From positions 128,092,001 through 128,156,000 of the forward strand of contig NC_043000.1 of NCBI RefSeq assembly GCF_006345805.1: a stretch of DNA of 64,000 nucleotides, written 5' to 3'. A program made the position numbers and the translations under genes. Below, piece by piece: positions 12,662-26,500 of the stretch (within the stretch, counting starts at the first letter, position 1; each line of letters begins with the position of its first letter). The stretch is from Octopus sinensis. Taxonomy: Eukaryota. The notes beneath the pieces are model-generated. The model worked only from the letters and a program-made list of their open reading frames with translations, made no database searches and had not been told where the DNA came from.

Positions 12662-14350
12662 ACTAGCTGACGTACCTCGTAATTCCTGGGAAAGCAGGGC
12701 TTATCCCTTGATTCTGTTCTCGTAATTGTTTCACTAATCCAGTAACAACAATACTAAGTATGTAACCCTTAAAATGCACACACACAAAATACACATGGAC
12801 ACATATACACTACAACACTGCTAAATAAACATAATGAGGCACTGAGAACATGCAACCACTGCGTTTTTCACACATTCAAATTCTACCACAAATCCATGCC
12901 TAAATGATCATACAGTATATTTCCACAATACCCCTTAGGTAATCCCAATAACCTTATAAATCTACATTTTAACTCCTAATCCCTATCTAATTTCTCTTTC
13001 ATACTCAAATATCACAACCATTTAATTATATTTGTGTGTATATGCATGCATACATATATGCGTGTGTGTGTGTATGTGTGTGAGTATGTATGTATGCAAG
13101 GTATATATACGTGTGCATGCAGGGGTGATAATACATACAGACACACTATATATGGGTGTACGTATGTACATATACATATGAGTACGTGTTGTATGTGTAG
13201 GTGTTGATATGTACAAATATCTATATACATATTTAATATGTGCATGCTTATACATCTTCACATATATATTTTCTTCTACTACTAAGCATTGACCTGTCCT
13301 CTAACCAACCTAACCTATATTCCCAAATTCTTCATTCCACCATTTTACTACCCCTCACTTAGGCTCTATCACTACATACCTGACACTCCTTTACTCTTTA
13401 CACTCTCATACCTCTCAATCTCTCTATCACCCATCACCCCCCATTCCTTCTATCTGACACTCCTTTACTCTTTACCCTATCATCTTTTACATCTTTTATC
13501 TTTCTCTCTGTATCACTCTCACCTCCCCATTCCTACTATCAATTTATCTTGACTGACCACTAACAGTACACCCTCCCTCTCTTCATCTCTATATTATCTC
13601 TTGAGAGTCAAGACTATTGAAAAGGTTGCAAAGCACAATGAAAATTTTAGGAAAATAAAAATAAAGAATAAGGGGAAATTTTACCAGTGAGTGTGTTAAA
13701 TTATAAGGCACAAAAAGAAAATGATTCTCCTCAGATACAACAGTATATATAATATATATATATATATATAATATATATATATATATTTATATATATATAT
13801 ATACGAGCAAAACATCCCCCATCCAATGGACAGTGCTGAATCATATCTGCTGAATAAAAAGCAATCAGTGTTTTCTTTTCATTAAAAAATAATTAAGCAT
13901 GCCTTTATTTCAATAAAATCTTTGGTTCTATAAAACGAAGTTAAGGCAAAAAAAAAAAACTTCTTGAGAAACCAAATAGTCTTTCCTTCCTTCATGCCAA
14001 GTTTGAAAAAAATATCTCTTTTGTATCTTCCTCTTTTGGTCTCTTAAATATACTGTATTTTGTGGCATTATTTCAAGTCAGCCGGCTTTTTTTGCGCAAA
14101 CTGTACGTGCATGTTTCTCACACATGCGTAGTATTGATCGCAACAGCTAATGTACTTGCATGTACAAATGCACGTTCCCACGGCTTTATTGATCGCATTC
14201 TCACCTGGAATTGATTTTTGTAATTTTTCAAGACTTATACAAGCTGGTACCGTCGGTATCTACATATCAAATTTGAGCGCAATCAGATAGAGGATGCCTG
14301 AGATCCTAGAAGACACACACACAGACAGACAGAACGGATTTTATATACTA
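12662..14350 (-). mobile_element. Non-autonomous Helitron-like element with microsatellite-rich interior
   Basis: Minus strand begins TCTAGTATATAAAATCCG and ends ...GGTACGTCAGCTAG|T (TC...CTAG termini); assignment is inference. Confidence 0.5.
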
Positions 14351-14364
14351 GATATATAATCGAT

Positions 14365-17218
14365 TTCATTCTCAGCAGACAAGGAATGCATGGTTGCTCT
14401 TAAATACAAAGACCCTCCCTGGTGAAGAATGTACCCCACAAACATAGACTAATTATTAGTGACTTTAGACTTGAGCTCAGAAGGATGCCAAAAACCCAAC
14501 CAATCTGGAAAAAAAGGACTTGGAAGTTTAGGAACCCTTCGCATGGTCAGAGATTTAGGGATATCCTTACTAAGAAATTTTATGATAGGGAGGAAGAGCT
14601 ATAGTCCTGTGACATAGAAGGCAGTTGCAAGACAGCTTGCTGAGTGCCAGAGACCAGATCTGTGGCTGATGCAAAGTCCCTTCTAGACCTATGGTAACAT
14701 GGTGGTGGAACAACACTAGACAGGGCCATTAGAGGAAAGAAACAGGCCAAGAATGCCTGGAAGAGTGGCGGTAGCAGGGAACTGTATCAGATAGCCAAAA
14801 GGGAAGCTAAGAGACAGGTATATATAGCCAAGGGTGTAGCAGAAAAGAAGAAATTTGCCAATGTTCAGCAATGTGAGGATGAGACAACTGAAGTATTTCG
14901 GATTGCAAGACAGAGTGTGAGAGAAAACCATGATGTCATAGGAGAGAAATGTATCTGCATGGATGATAGTGACCTTGTGTTTAATGTTGCAAAGAAAAGG
15001 CTTGGAGAAGCCATAATGAAAGACTGCTGAATGTGAAGAATGAATGGGAGGAGGAGAGTCTGCCAAAGTTTGACCCAATTGAGGGACCAGCTATCCCAAT
15101 CGACAGTAGCAATTAAAGATATGAAGACAGGGAAAGCACCTGGCCCTTCAGGAATCACTCCTGGGATGCTTAAAATATCGTACAGTGTGGGTTATGGTTT
15201 TGTCACCTGCATCATAAATCAAGTAGTTCATGAAGGAGTCATATCCAATGACTGATGTAGCAGCACCATAGTCAACTACTACAAAGGGAAAGGTGAGACT
15301 TTAGATAGAAATAACTGCAGGGGCATCAAATTATTTGATCAGGTGATGAAAGTTACAGAGAGGGTCATAACCCAACTAATTAGGGAGAGTTAGCCTAGAT
15401 TAGATGCAGTTCAGTTTTGTGTCAGGCAGAAGCACCACTGATGCTATATTTCTGGTAAGGCAACTGCAGGAGAAATACCTAGCCAAAGATAAACCTTTAT
15501 ACTTGGCTTTTGTTGACTTGGAGAAAGCCTTTGACAGGATACCCCGATCCCTTATCTGGTGGTCAATGTGGAAACTGGGGATAGATGAGTGGCTGGTAAG
15601 AGCTGTAAGGTGAGGGTGGGCAACAAGTATAGTGAAGAATTCTAAGTAGAAGTTGGGTTTCACCAAGGATCAGTCCGCAGCCCCCTCTTATTCATTATAG
15701 TCCTCCAGGCAATAACAGAGGAATTCGAGACAGGATACCCCTAGGAGTTCCTCTATGCTGATGACCTTGCTGAGTCACCATCAGAACTAGAGGAAAAGTT
15801 TCAGGTGTGGAAACAAGGATTAGAATTGAAGAGCCTTAGAGTCAACCTAGCTAAAACCAAAGTCTTAATAAGTAGGAAGGCAGGCAAACCACAAATCCCT
15901 TCAGGTAGTTGGCCCTGCTCGATCTGTAGAAAAGGTGTAGGTAGAAACTCCATAAAATGTACCCAGTGTAAGCTATGGACACATAAGAGGTGCAGCAATA
16001 TCGAAGGGAGATTAACTGGGAAGTTTTTGTATGTGGCAAATGCTCAGGCGCTATAAACAGTTAAAATCTCCAGAGAACAGCTTCTGTCACATTCAAGTCA
16101 GTAGCAGGGGTGGATGCTCTGAAAGTGTAGCTGCTAGAATAAGAATAGCCTGGGCAAAGTTCAGAGAGCTCCTACCTCTGCTGGTGACAAAGGGCCTCTC
16201 ATTCAGAGTAAAAGGTAGACTATATGACGCATGTGTACGAATAGCCATGCTACATGGCAGTGAAACATGGGCTGTGACTGCTGAGGACATGCGTAAGCTT
16301 GCAAGGAATGAAGCCAGTATGCTCCGCTGAATGTGCAGTGTCAGTGTGCATACATGACAGTGTGTAAGCACCCTGAGAGAAAGTTGGATTTAAGAAGCAT
16401 CAGATGTGGTGTGTAAGAGAGACAACTGTGCTGGTATGGTCACGTGTTGTGAATGAATGAGGACAGCTGTGCGAAAAAGTGTCACATCCTAGCAATTGAG
16501 GGAACTTGTGGAAGAGGTAGTCTCAGGAAAACCTGGGACGAGGTGGTGAAGCACAATCTTCAAATATTGGGCCTCACCAAGGCAATGGCTAGTGACCAAA
16601 ACCTTTGGAGATATGCTGTGATTGAGAAGACCTGACAAGTGAAATGAGACCATAGCCAATGGCCCATGCCAGTGGGTGTAACCAGCCTACTTATGGATAC
16701 CCCTCATTCATTGGACACTAAACTCTGCTTGTGAAGACCTATTGAAGCAAGTGAAATTAAAATCAAAATTGTTGACGTGGCTGATGACAGTACTGCCCGA
16801 TTGGCACTCGTGTGTGGAACATTAAAAGCACATCTGAACGTGGGGTGTAACCGGCTCACTCATTCATCGGACAATGAACTTTGCTTGTGAAGACCTATTG
16901 AGGTAAGTGTAAACAAATCAAAATCGCTGACATGGCTGATGACAGTACCGCCTGATTAGCATGGTGGCAGTGTTAAGTTAATCGTTGCCAGTGCCGGTGA
17001 CAAGTGAAAAGCACCATTTGAGCATGATCGTTGCCAGTGTCACCTTACAGACACGTAAACAGCACCCACTACACTCCCGGAGTGGTTGACGTTAGGAAGG
17101 GTATCCAGCTGTAGAAACTTTGCCAGATCAGATTGAACCCGGTGCAGCCTCAGGCTCACCAGTCCTTAGTCAAACCGTCCAGCCCATGCCAGCATGGAAA
17201 GCGGACGTTAAACGATGA
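14365..17218 (+). mobile_element. Degenerate RTE-clade LINE (copy 2, same family as copy 1)
   Basis: KTGKAPGPSGI, GRSTTDAIFLVRQLQEKY, AFVDLEKAFDR, LYADDL, MLHGSETW, GRGSLRKTW; ~145-bp duplication in the 3' UTR; GAT tail. Confidence 0.9.
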
Positions 17219-17237
17219 TATATATATATATATATAT

Positions 17238-18409
17238 ATCACTTTGATCACTTTGACCGACCAGTCCGTCAGGCGTCCATTTGACACCGCTGGTCACAGC
17301 ACGCTGTCCACTCCTCTCTGGATCGCGCCTTTCTCATCCATGTGATCCCAATCGTCCTCCTGAAATCGTCACTCCACCATCGTGGAGATCTTCCGGGTGG
17401 TCTTTTCCGCTCACGCGGGTACCACTCGACAACTGCGTGCGTCCACCGATTATCGGTGAGCCGGGCAACGTGTCCAGTCCATCTATACTTGCTGCGTGTA
17501 TACTCTGCAATGACGTCTCTCACGCAGGATTTCTTTCTGATGATCTTGCTACTTATGTGCTCTCTCAACGAGATACCAAGCATTGACCTTTCCATGGCTC
17601 TTTGAGCCGTTACCAGTCTTTGCTCTTCTCTCTTTGTGGTAGCCCATGTTTCACTACCATATAACATTGAGGTTGGCGCGGGTGGTCCTATCCAACCTTC
17701 CCTTGAGCACATCCCTTATGCCATTGAATGCCTTCCATCCGGCCCTTACTCTCCATGAGATCTTCTTTTTGATATCCAGGCACATATTTACTTCCTGTCC
17801 CAGGTAGACATATTCTCTCACCTCCTCTATTTCATCACTGCCGATCACCATTCAACCTGTTGGTACATTGTCTGACTGCATGAACTTTGTTTTCATGCGG
17901 TTCATCTTGAGACCTACTGCAGAACTTTTGATGTCAAGCTCCGTCAGCATGGTCTGAAGCTGATCCATGTTTTCAGCGATGAGTACGATGTCGTCAGCGA
18001 AACGGAGGTGAGTGAGGAGCTCGCCATTGATGTTGACACCACCTTGCCATTCGATGCCTCTGATGATCTGTTCGAGACATGCAGTGAAAAGTTTTGGGGA
18101 GATTGTATCTCCTTGCTTCACTCCCTTCTCGACCGGCACTCGTATGGGTGATGACAGTAGAGCTATGTCGGTGGTGCATCCGGAATTTGCCTCTCTGAGC
18201 AGCTGTACATATTGCGCTTCGATTCCTTGCCTCTGCAGCGAGTTCAGCACTGCGTTGGTTTCAACGCTATCGAAGGCCTTCTCATAATCTATAAACGCAA
18301 CGCAAAGAGGCAGCTTGTACTCATTTGCTCGCTCAAGCAGTTGCGTTAGAGCAAATATATGGTCCATTGTGCTGTAGTTCTTCCGGAAGCCTGCTTGCTC
18401 CCTCGGTTG
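17238..18409 (-). mobile_element. 5'-truncated RTE-1-type LINE (a second RTE family)
   Basis: QAGFRKNYSTMDHIFALTQLLERANEY, FIDYEKAFDSV, GVKQGDTISPKLF, LRFADDIVL, YVYLG, YGSETW, RPPGR; (CAAAGTGAT)2 tail; TA repeats on both sides. Confidence 0.92.
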
Positions 18410-20299
18410 TTATATATATATATAAAACTCACTTTGTTCCAATATGTGCCCCAGTAGTAGACTATTTTCTAATATATGTCCCAAAATTAGACTATTTTCT
18501 TTCGATAATACATGGTGATAGCTTATAAAATATTATTTACAAAATTGTCACTGCTTCTCAAATCATTGCATATATATATATAATTTCTATATATCAAGTT
18601 TCTTATCACAGGTTTTAGATTTAGTTGTATTTAGCATAATTTCACTTATAATTAGATTTTATTAAATAAAAATAATTCTTTAACAGGTATCACACTGGAA
18701 GCTATTAAATTACGAACGAATTTCTCGCTCACAGGAGATTATGTCCGATCTTGAGCATACTTCTGTGTGTCTTCTCAAATCACAGGCACAGGAAAAATTA
18801 TTGATAATTCTTATCAAAACAAAGCTGGTAAATATGCAGAAGTGTTGCAAGATAAGTTTAATTACCAATAAACAACAGCTTGGATGACACATTACGCAAC
18901 CGACAGAGGAAGGTGCCCGATCAAACTCATTATGTAAACAGAATTCTGATTGGTGGAAATTGTCTTCTCGTCTCAAGCTCTGATTTTCTGCTTATTCTTG
19001 TCGAACCATTGATATGGAGTATCGAAATTTTAATCCCTTTTTCACTTATAAAATGTCAAGTAAACTTAAAAATTTGTAATTAGTTTAAGCCAGGAGACCA
19101 AACTGACAGATTGGTAATCCGCTGAAATAAACATAAATAATCGAAATGAGGAAATAAACAGCTGTTTATTGACCAAGAGTGAAATTTAAGAAGCGACTTG
19201 TTAGAGTATACATGTCTGTGAGGAGACAAACAAGAATAGCAAAAATCTACTATACCAAAAGAACTGGTAATACATAATTACAAGTGTTCTATGAAGAGAA
19301 CATAAGATTGCTGCCTAACGCAACATTGTATAAGATAATTGAAGGTTTCTGTAGGAAAGCTAAGTCATATTCAATTAGTGAGCTTACATGCGCAAAGATG
19401 AATTATGATGTTAGATGCAGTAACAGTTGACAACGGTAATATCAGCGGGAAGAAATATCATTGTGTCGTAACGTGGAGAAAGCGAGGAAATAGCTTCCTG
19501 GCGCAAACGCAAGCTAGACTCCCTAAGTGGAGAAAAACTGATCTAAGAAAATTGCTGGGCTCCATTGCGATAGGTAGAAACCCAAAGCAGTGTAAAATAT
19601 GGTCCGGACCGTGATTACCAGAATGAATGTCAAACTTCAAAAAATAGTTAACCATTTATACAGAAAAAGCAAGCATTATACCGCCCAGCATAAATAAAAG
19701 TCAACTTCATTATATTTTTTCTGTAAAGACCTATTCTGACATTAAATGAGTCAACTTCTCAACCGTATAATTCTTAGTCCAGTCTCACTGCGTGACACCT
19801 TGGGCAAATGTCTTCTACTATATAGCCTTGGATTGTCCAAAGCCTTATGAGTGGTCTTTGTGTTTGTCCCCCACCACCGAACTTAGCAAGGTACCACGCA
19901 GTGGGACTGAACCCAGAACCATGTGGTTAGGAGCCACACAGCCACGTTTTTGCAAGGTTCCTGATGTGGAATAGTGTGTTGAAAGAGATATCGTTATATT
20001 TCAGGACAGTCATTTTCTTTTTTTCTCACCAAATAAACACATGTAAATGTGCTTATTACCAAATAAACACATTCGTTAATCACAACAGTTTCATTGTTCT
20101 TATTTTATTGTCATTTTTCTGAAGTGTTCCCTCACACATCCTGTTAACTCTCCAACGACACTCCGTCCTCATGTAACACATCCTGTTTTGTTCAGTCCTT
20201 TATTAAAATGTTATAAACTAATTTGCTAAGTTCGAAAACTGGTCTTGAAAGAAAAGAAAAAAAAACAAACAAAAAAACCTGAATAAAAATCGTCTAACT

Positions 20300-20320
20300 C
20301 TCGTGATCACGTGGCACGAG
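20300..20320. promoter_or_regulatory. Cluster of bHLH-type sites upstream of NXF1
   Basis: CTCGTG-AT-CACGTG-G-CACGAG, about 160 bp upstream of the ATG. Confidence 0.4.
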
Positions 20321-20476
20321 TCATTCGAATAAATTGGCGTCTCGCTAAGCAGATTGTTTACTCGAATCTACACTTATTAATTCGTCCCGTTTTCTACATT
20401 GATTTATTTCTTATTTCTCATATATATATATATACATATATATACATACAGATTCATTTTATTATATGAATTAATA

Positions 20477-20543
20477 ATGAGTGGCCACCATCGTGGAAAT
20501 TTCTCTGTTACGACTGGAAGAGACGGGTCCCGTTCAGTTTATG
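20477..20543 (+). CDS. NXF1: NXF1 exon 1 (MSGHHRGNFSVTTGRDGSRSVY)
   Basis: ATG at 20477, donor GTATGT, phase 1 fits exon 2; the least conserved exon. Confidence 0.7.
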
Positions 20544-23500
20544 GTATGTAGTCATTATTTTCGATAAAGAATTTTATCTTCTCATTCTGTATTTTTAACC
20601 TCACCACTAATTTTCTTCAATTACTATATTACTAGTCTTCTATTAACATTGTTATTTATTAGTCCTTGACATCCATAAAACCAAGCCTTATTGTTAATTT
20701 AGATGTTTGATCAATTCTACTAGATTCATATGGAAACATTAATGGCGTTTTCTTTCTCCCTTCTTACGTCTTGGATTTAATTATTATTCTTATTGTTGCT
20801 GAACGTTTTTTCTTTCTTTCTACGTTTCTCTTGAGTTTTTCACCTTAAAATAGGTATTGAAAAGTAGTAAAATAATTCTTTATATTTATTGATAATTCAT
20901 TAGTTAACATTTTTCTTAACTCGTTGAAGAAATCGCCAATGAATGTAATTATAAATTCAATTATCGTCTTTTATTGCCACGAATTACGTTATGGAAATTC
21001 GTGTTTATAAATTAATTACTGCTTTTATTTAGCCTTTACAATATTGTCATTTGTTGAATTTGTACGTGGTTTTAAAATACGAATAGTCCGAACCTACCAT
21101 GCGTTAATCTTTATAATTTCCAAATAATTTTCTAATACTTTTTATGGAAAAAAAAAATTGTGTTTATGTGGTGGGTAATTAAAATTTTGTTTTTTTCATA
21201 TTAGTATCAATTCAATTATACAGAAGACCGGATCGAAAAACATTTATAAAAATTCCTAAAAATAAATATGTTATGAGGAGTTTTATCTAAAATATGGATA
21301 TACAATATTTCTTTTTATCGAAACTGCAACCAATGGCAGGTTGTAGTGATGTACCTAAAAGATAACGACGAGCCACGATGTTTGACTCACTTTTATAACC
21401 CAAATATCTTCTGCATAATTATATTTTCATAGTTTTATTTATATCTGTATTTCAACGCAGTTCATATGTACGAATAGTTTTTAGTGATGGCGTTAATATT
21501 AACATCAACAGTAATCCTATTGTTTAACGGGATATAAGGCTTCCATAAATGTAAATGACCTTTGATATAATACCATGGTTTTCTTAAGCATTCTACTCCA
21601 CGCTGATCTATTTATTGTTTGTCATGTTAGTTCAACTAACATCGATAATCTTAAAGTTATCGATGTTCTATTACTATGGACACAGATGTGACGTGATGTA
21701 AAAATCAATATGTTGTGGCCATTTGTCGAGATTATTAAGCATTCCTGTAGAATAGAGTCGGAAATTATCTGGCTCGTCAAAAACCATAATTTCCTCGGAT
21801 CTGTATGCTTTAAGCATCGTAGATTAAGGTCTGATATTCTTTTGGTGGGGTGGGGGATTTTTTTCTATTGTGTAACGGGATTATAGCTTTCACGTGTTTA
21901 TTGTTTTCCAATTCCATTATCTAGTTGTTTAACAATGAATGATCTCTAATATGCGACAGCAGCCACTTCATAATATATTATTTGCGATTTTAGTTCATCG
22001 TTCACATTATCGATGTTCTTTTGCAATGTTTTCAAAGATACATGTTGCTATTAGTTAAGACAATTATAAGTATTCTTGTTGAATAGAGTCGGAAATTATA
22101 TAGTGTGGCAAAAATCGTAATTTATGGGTTTCTGTTTTAAGCGTCATACATTTACGAATCCGGAAAAAAATTGCGGATTTTCATAACAGGATGTTCACGT
22201 GTTGGATTCCCTCCGTTTTTGACGATGATTTTTCCAATTTTCTTTTCTTCGAAATGATGGGGAAGATTTTTATGAAAATTTCTTATTTCTACCGCCATAT
22301 GGTTGATACCCTACTTTCGTAAATTTTAGTTTCGAATTTATAATACGCATAAATTTAAGAAACAATCTTAAATATTTAAGGAAATCAAAACGGAAAAATT
22401 GCTGAAGCAATCAGCTCTAGTCCCCATCCTTTTATTATTTTTTTTCAGATTCATGGTCTACGATACTTAAAACATATGGTTCTGAAATTATGGTTTGGGG
22501 ACCATTATATAATTTACAACTCTATTCTATAAGAATGTCTAATTTATTCCTACTTATACTGTGGTCCCATTTTCACATCGTTGAGAAAAAATTAATTAAG
22601 CAAAGATTAAAGAGCTTATTTGTATGTTGGTGATTTAGGGATTATTGAATTTAAGATTACTATGGATTAAGGGGAACACACTCATCAAGCGATCTCAATC
22701 TGTTATTACATTTATTATTTGCTTTTGTTGCCTGAAATTAATACAAATAACTGCTAATTAAAGCCACAAAAAAAAAAAAAAAAATGCTAAACGCTAATTG
22801 ACGATTTTCCTTCCATACAAATGTTGGAAGTTCAACAATAACCAGAACAATAATACAAACATGAAGACCGTGTGTTAAAATTTAGCTGTTATCATCTTAA
22901 AAGAGCCAGTTTAACGATTAAAAAACAAACTGAAATTCACTTATTTCTTAAGACGATATAGTTACACGTTCAGCATTGTATGTCGTCAACCAGGTCGTAC
23001 ATAGTTCTACAACGAAAATTTTCACTACTTAAGAAATTAATGGAAAATGAGTAAAACATTAGGGATGGTCGCATTATCAACACATCCTGAATCAAACCGC
23101 CTATATCTAGATTATGGGCAGTTTTTCATCGACTGGATACTTATCTACTACTTGGGTCTCTCTTTAATCGGACTAGTTTAATAAATGCTGCCGTTTAATT
23201 TCAATCTTTTGTAAATATAATCTGGTTGGCATAAACATACGACCAGCTTCATAACTTAGCAGCGAAAAATGCATATTTTTAGTGAAATTTTGTAGAGGCA
23301 CATTTTCGAGAGTATTGACTATTATCATGTTAACAACCAACAAAGTAAAAACTGGATTGAAAACATCCGTTTCAACTCTGCTTTACTGAGTTATCGACAA
23401 TAAGCGCGCGCGCACAAACACACACACACACACACACTTTCGGGTGTATATAACTAATGGATTTCTACTGCTATTATCGTACCAATATTGGCATTTTTAG

Positions 23501-26500
23501 CTGAAGAGGCGATCTCGATTAAATATCGCCCTTTATTCATTCCTTGCGTCACAGTTGTCTGTCTTGTTTACTTAAAACTCGGTTAATTACCTCCCGCTGG
23601 TTCTTGTAAATACCCTAATAATAAGTGAATACCTAGAACTGTTTTCCTCTGCCAAAAGTAAAAGAATATTACTTAAAAGTAAAAGTGTTATTTTAATTAT
23701 TTATTACAAATGATCAAAAGGATCTGATATCATTAAATGATTCTTCAAATTCGTCTTTAGCTGACTTTAAGTGATCTCGTATCCTTTTCCTAATCAGGAC
23801 GTGATTAAGTCGAACGTGATTATGAAGGCTTGTCATTTTGAAGGAGAAAATGGAGAAAAGCTTACGTTATTAAAATTTTAACATTTGATTGGTTTAAATG
23901 ATTTTGTATGCTTGATCTAGCGAAGAAAGACTGCATAAAAATTAGAGATTTTTGGATTGTTGTCATTTACTTGCGTGACCTAAATAAATATATATCATTT
24001 GTGAACTTGCTCTGAATTTATTTAGGTCTTAGCGCCTGCTATAAAAACTGTGCGTAAATATGGACAAAAAGACGGTACTGACGTATATATTTCTGTAGAA
24101 TTATACAATCAAGTTTGATGTTTTTGCAGGTCAAAGAGAAAGAATGCCCAAATGGTATATGCTTCTAATGATCACAGAATTTATTTGATAAAATGAATAT
24201 AAAAATATATGAACCATAAGCTAAAATGTTAGATCAGTCCGAGATTACTTTTCTGCAAGATGCACTGAACGTATAAACAATCTTGAGAAATTTTAGGTGT
24301 TGCTAAATAAGTACTGCATCTGTAATTTAGTTTTATATGTTTATTTTTTGAAAAATATTTTAAACGTCGAGATTGTGATTATGAGACAAACAACAAAAGA
24401 CATTTTTTTCCCCCATTCCACTCCTATTGTTAGTTTCGTAATACGTAACTAGCTCTGAACTTTTTTCATATTTTAAGCTAATGGGTCTCAACCTTTTGTA
24501 GCTCCGCTCGCTTTCACCAAGTTGCTTTTATTTTATTATTTTTTCAAGAGCTACATTTTCCTCCAAACAGATGCTAGCTAACCTTGTTCTTATACTATCC
24601 CATTCACCATGTGCTTCTCTTGGTATTTGTGTGGGCTTGTGCTATTCGCACCCAGGTTAAATTGCAAGTTATTTAATAAAATTAGATTTCGTTTTATATT
24701 ATTATTATTATTAGTAGTAGTAGTAGGTAACTAGAATTTAAAACAAAGTATATTATAACAATTTAAATTCTAAATGTGTTAACCAATCAGACTGTCTGCC
24801 TTTTTGTTGAGGTTTTGTTAATTTAACTTCTGCTTTGATATTTAATGGAAAAGAGCCCCCAGTCGTTTCTTACTGGATGATTTTCGTGTTGAAGCTCCTA
24901 GGAGCTTGTTCACAGGTCCTTTTCTACTAGTACAATTAGTTTGTCATGTGTGGTACAACACTTCGATAGTTGTAGCTAATAGTAACAGACAGGGTCAAAT
25001 TTTGCAGGAATCCCTCTCCAGTGTGCGTCAAGCCTGTTTTTGAAAGCATTGACCAATGGAGCTGCAACCAGACTGCTTGGCAGACTGTTCCAGGTGGCGG
25101 TCACACGCTGTACGGAAAACAGCTTCTAATGTTGAGCCTGCAGTGTCCTCTCGTATTTCTGCCTTGGAAGTAGTTGAATTGGTTGCGGTTGATCAGGTAC
25201 AGGCCGTGCATATACTTATACATGTTAATCATATCCCACCTGAGACAGCGATGTTCGAGACTAGGCAGGTTTAGTGCAGCCAAGTGCTCTGGGTATGGCT
25301 TTTCTTTCAAGGATGCAATAAGTTTGGTGGCACGCCTCTGAACATCCTCCAAATTGCAACACATTGCCTTATGCTGGGATTGCCAAACTGTCCTTATTCA
25401 AGAATCGGGCGAACTAGAGACTTGTACAGCTGGACGAAGACAACGGGTAATGAAGTCAAATGATCGTTGCTTGGCTTATGTGGCTCGTGAAGGTCAGCCC
25501 TATGTCAATCAAGACACTAAGATCCCCCTCCACCTCACTTTCTACTAGCTCCACCTCAGTCTGTTCCCCCATCCTGGCCTCTCATATTTGCTGTCTGTCT
25601 TTGGGTTCCCCACTTCTCATGATGGAACCGCATTTGCCAGTTCGTCAACCACTCATGAAGGCAATCCAGGTTGTTTGCAGTGTTGCAATGGTCACATCAA
25701 CGTCATTCCTTACGAAGATCTTTGTGTCGTCAGCATATAACCTGATGTGACTCTGGACATGCTGAGGCAGATCGTTTATATACATGGAAATCAGTACTGG
25801 GCCAATGACACTGCCTTGTGGGATGCCACTTGTCACCTCTCCCCTCTCTGACTTCTTGCCATTGACACAGACTCGTGACCAGTGGCTCAAGAAGTCCCGG
25901 ATCCACTGAAGGATGTTTCCCTTGATACTGTGAGCTTCTACTTTGGTTACAAGCCTACGATGTGGGACGCTGTCAAATGCTTTCATGTAATCCATGTAGA
26001 TTGCATCGACTCCTTCCCCTGCATCCAAGGCCTCCATCCAGATGTCAAGAATGTCAAGCAGTTGCGTCACACATAATCTTGCCTTTGTGAACCCATGCTG
26101 TTCTTGGTTGATGAGGTCATTTCACAGCTGGTGTTCAATGATGTTCTCACGAACAAACATCTCCATCATCTTGCACAGTACACAGGTCAAGCTTACTGGC
26201 CTGTAGTTGTTGACCGTAAAATGGCTCCCTTTCTTGAATATGGGGGAGACGTTAGCAGTTCTCCACTTGTTTGGGATTTTGCTTGTCTCCATTGATTTTC
26301 TGTAGACAATTGTGATTGGCAGAGCGAGTACATCTGATAGCTCGGAAATTATGCATGGGCTGATTCCATCCAGTCCTGGGGGTTTGGCAATCTTCAGGCT
26401 TGTCAGCTGCTTGTGAACTTTTTCCACAAAAATGTTGGTCAGCTCAATGTCATACATGTACTCTGGCATGTCTGGTTGATCGCCTTCCTTCTCTACGGTG

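Noticed and set aside
18700-19660. Complex sequence with short ORFs upstream of NXF1
   Set aside because: Stops in all frames and no motif I recognise; probably an old transposon remnant
22449-22478. Possible 30-nt in-frame extra NXF1 exon (DSWSTILKTY)
   Set aside because: Strong acceptor but poor donor (G|GTTCTG), and no recognisable homology; needs junction reads
23501-23530. CTGAAGA followed by a perfect 6-bp stem (GGCGAT/ATCGCC), hammerhead-like
   Set aside because: No GAAA after the stem and no stem III or cleavage triplet
24130-24154. Possible 25-nt poison exon in intron 1 (gcag|...|gtatat)
   Set aside because: It would shift the frame to an immediate TGA, but such site pairs are common by chance in AT-rich introns; no support
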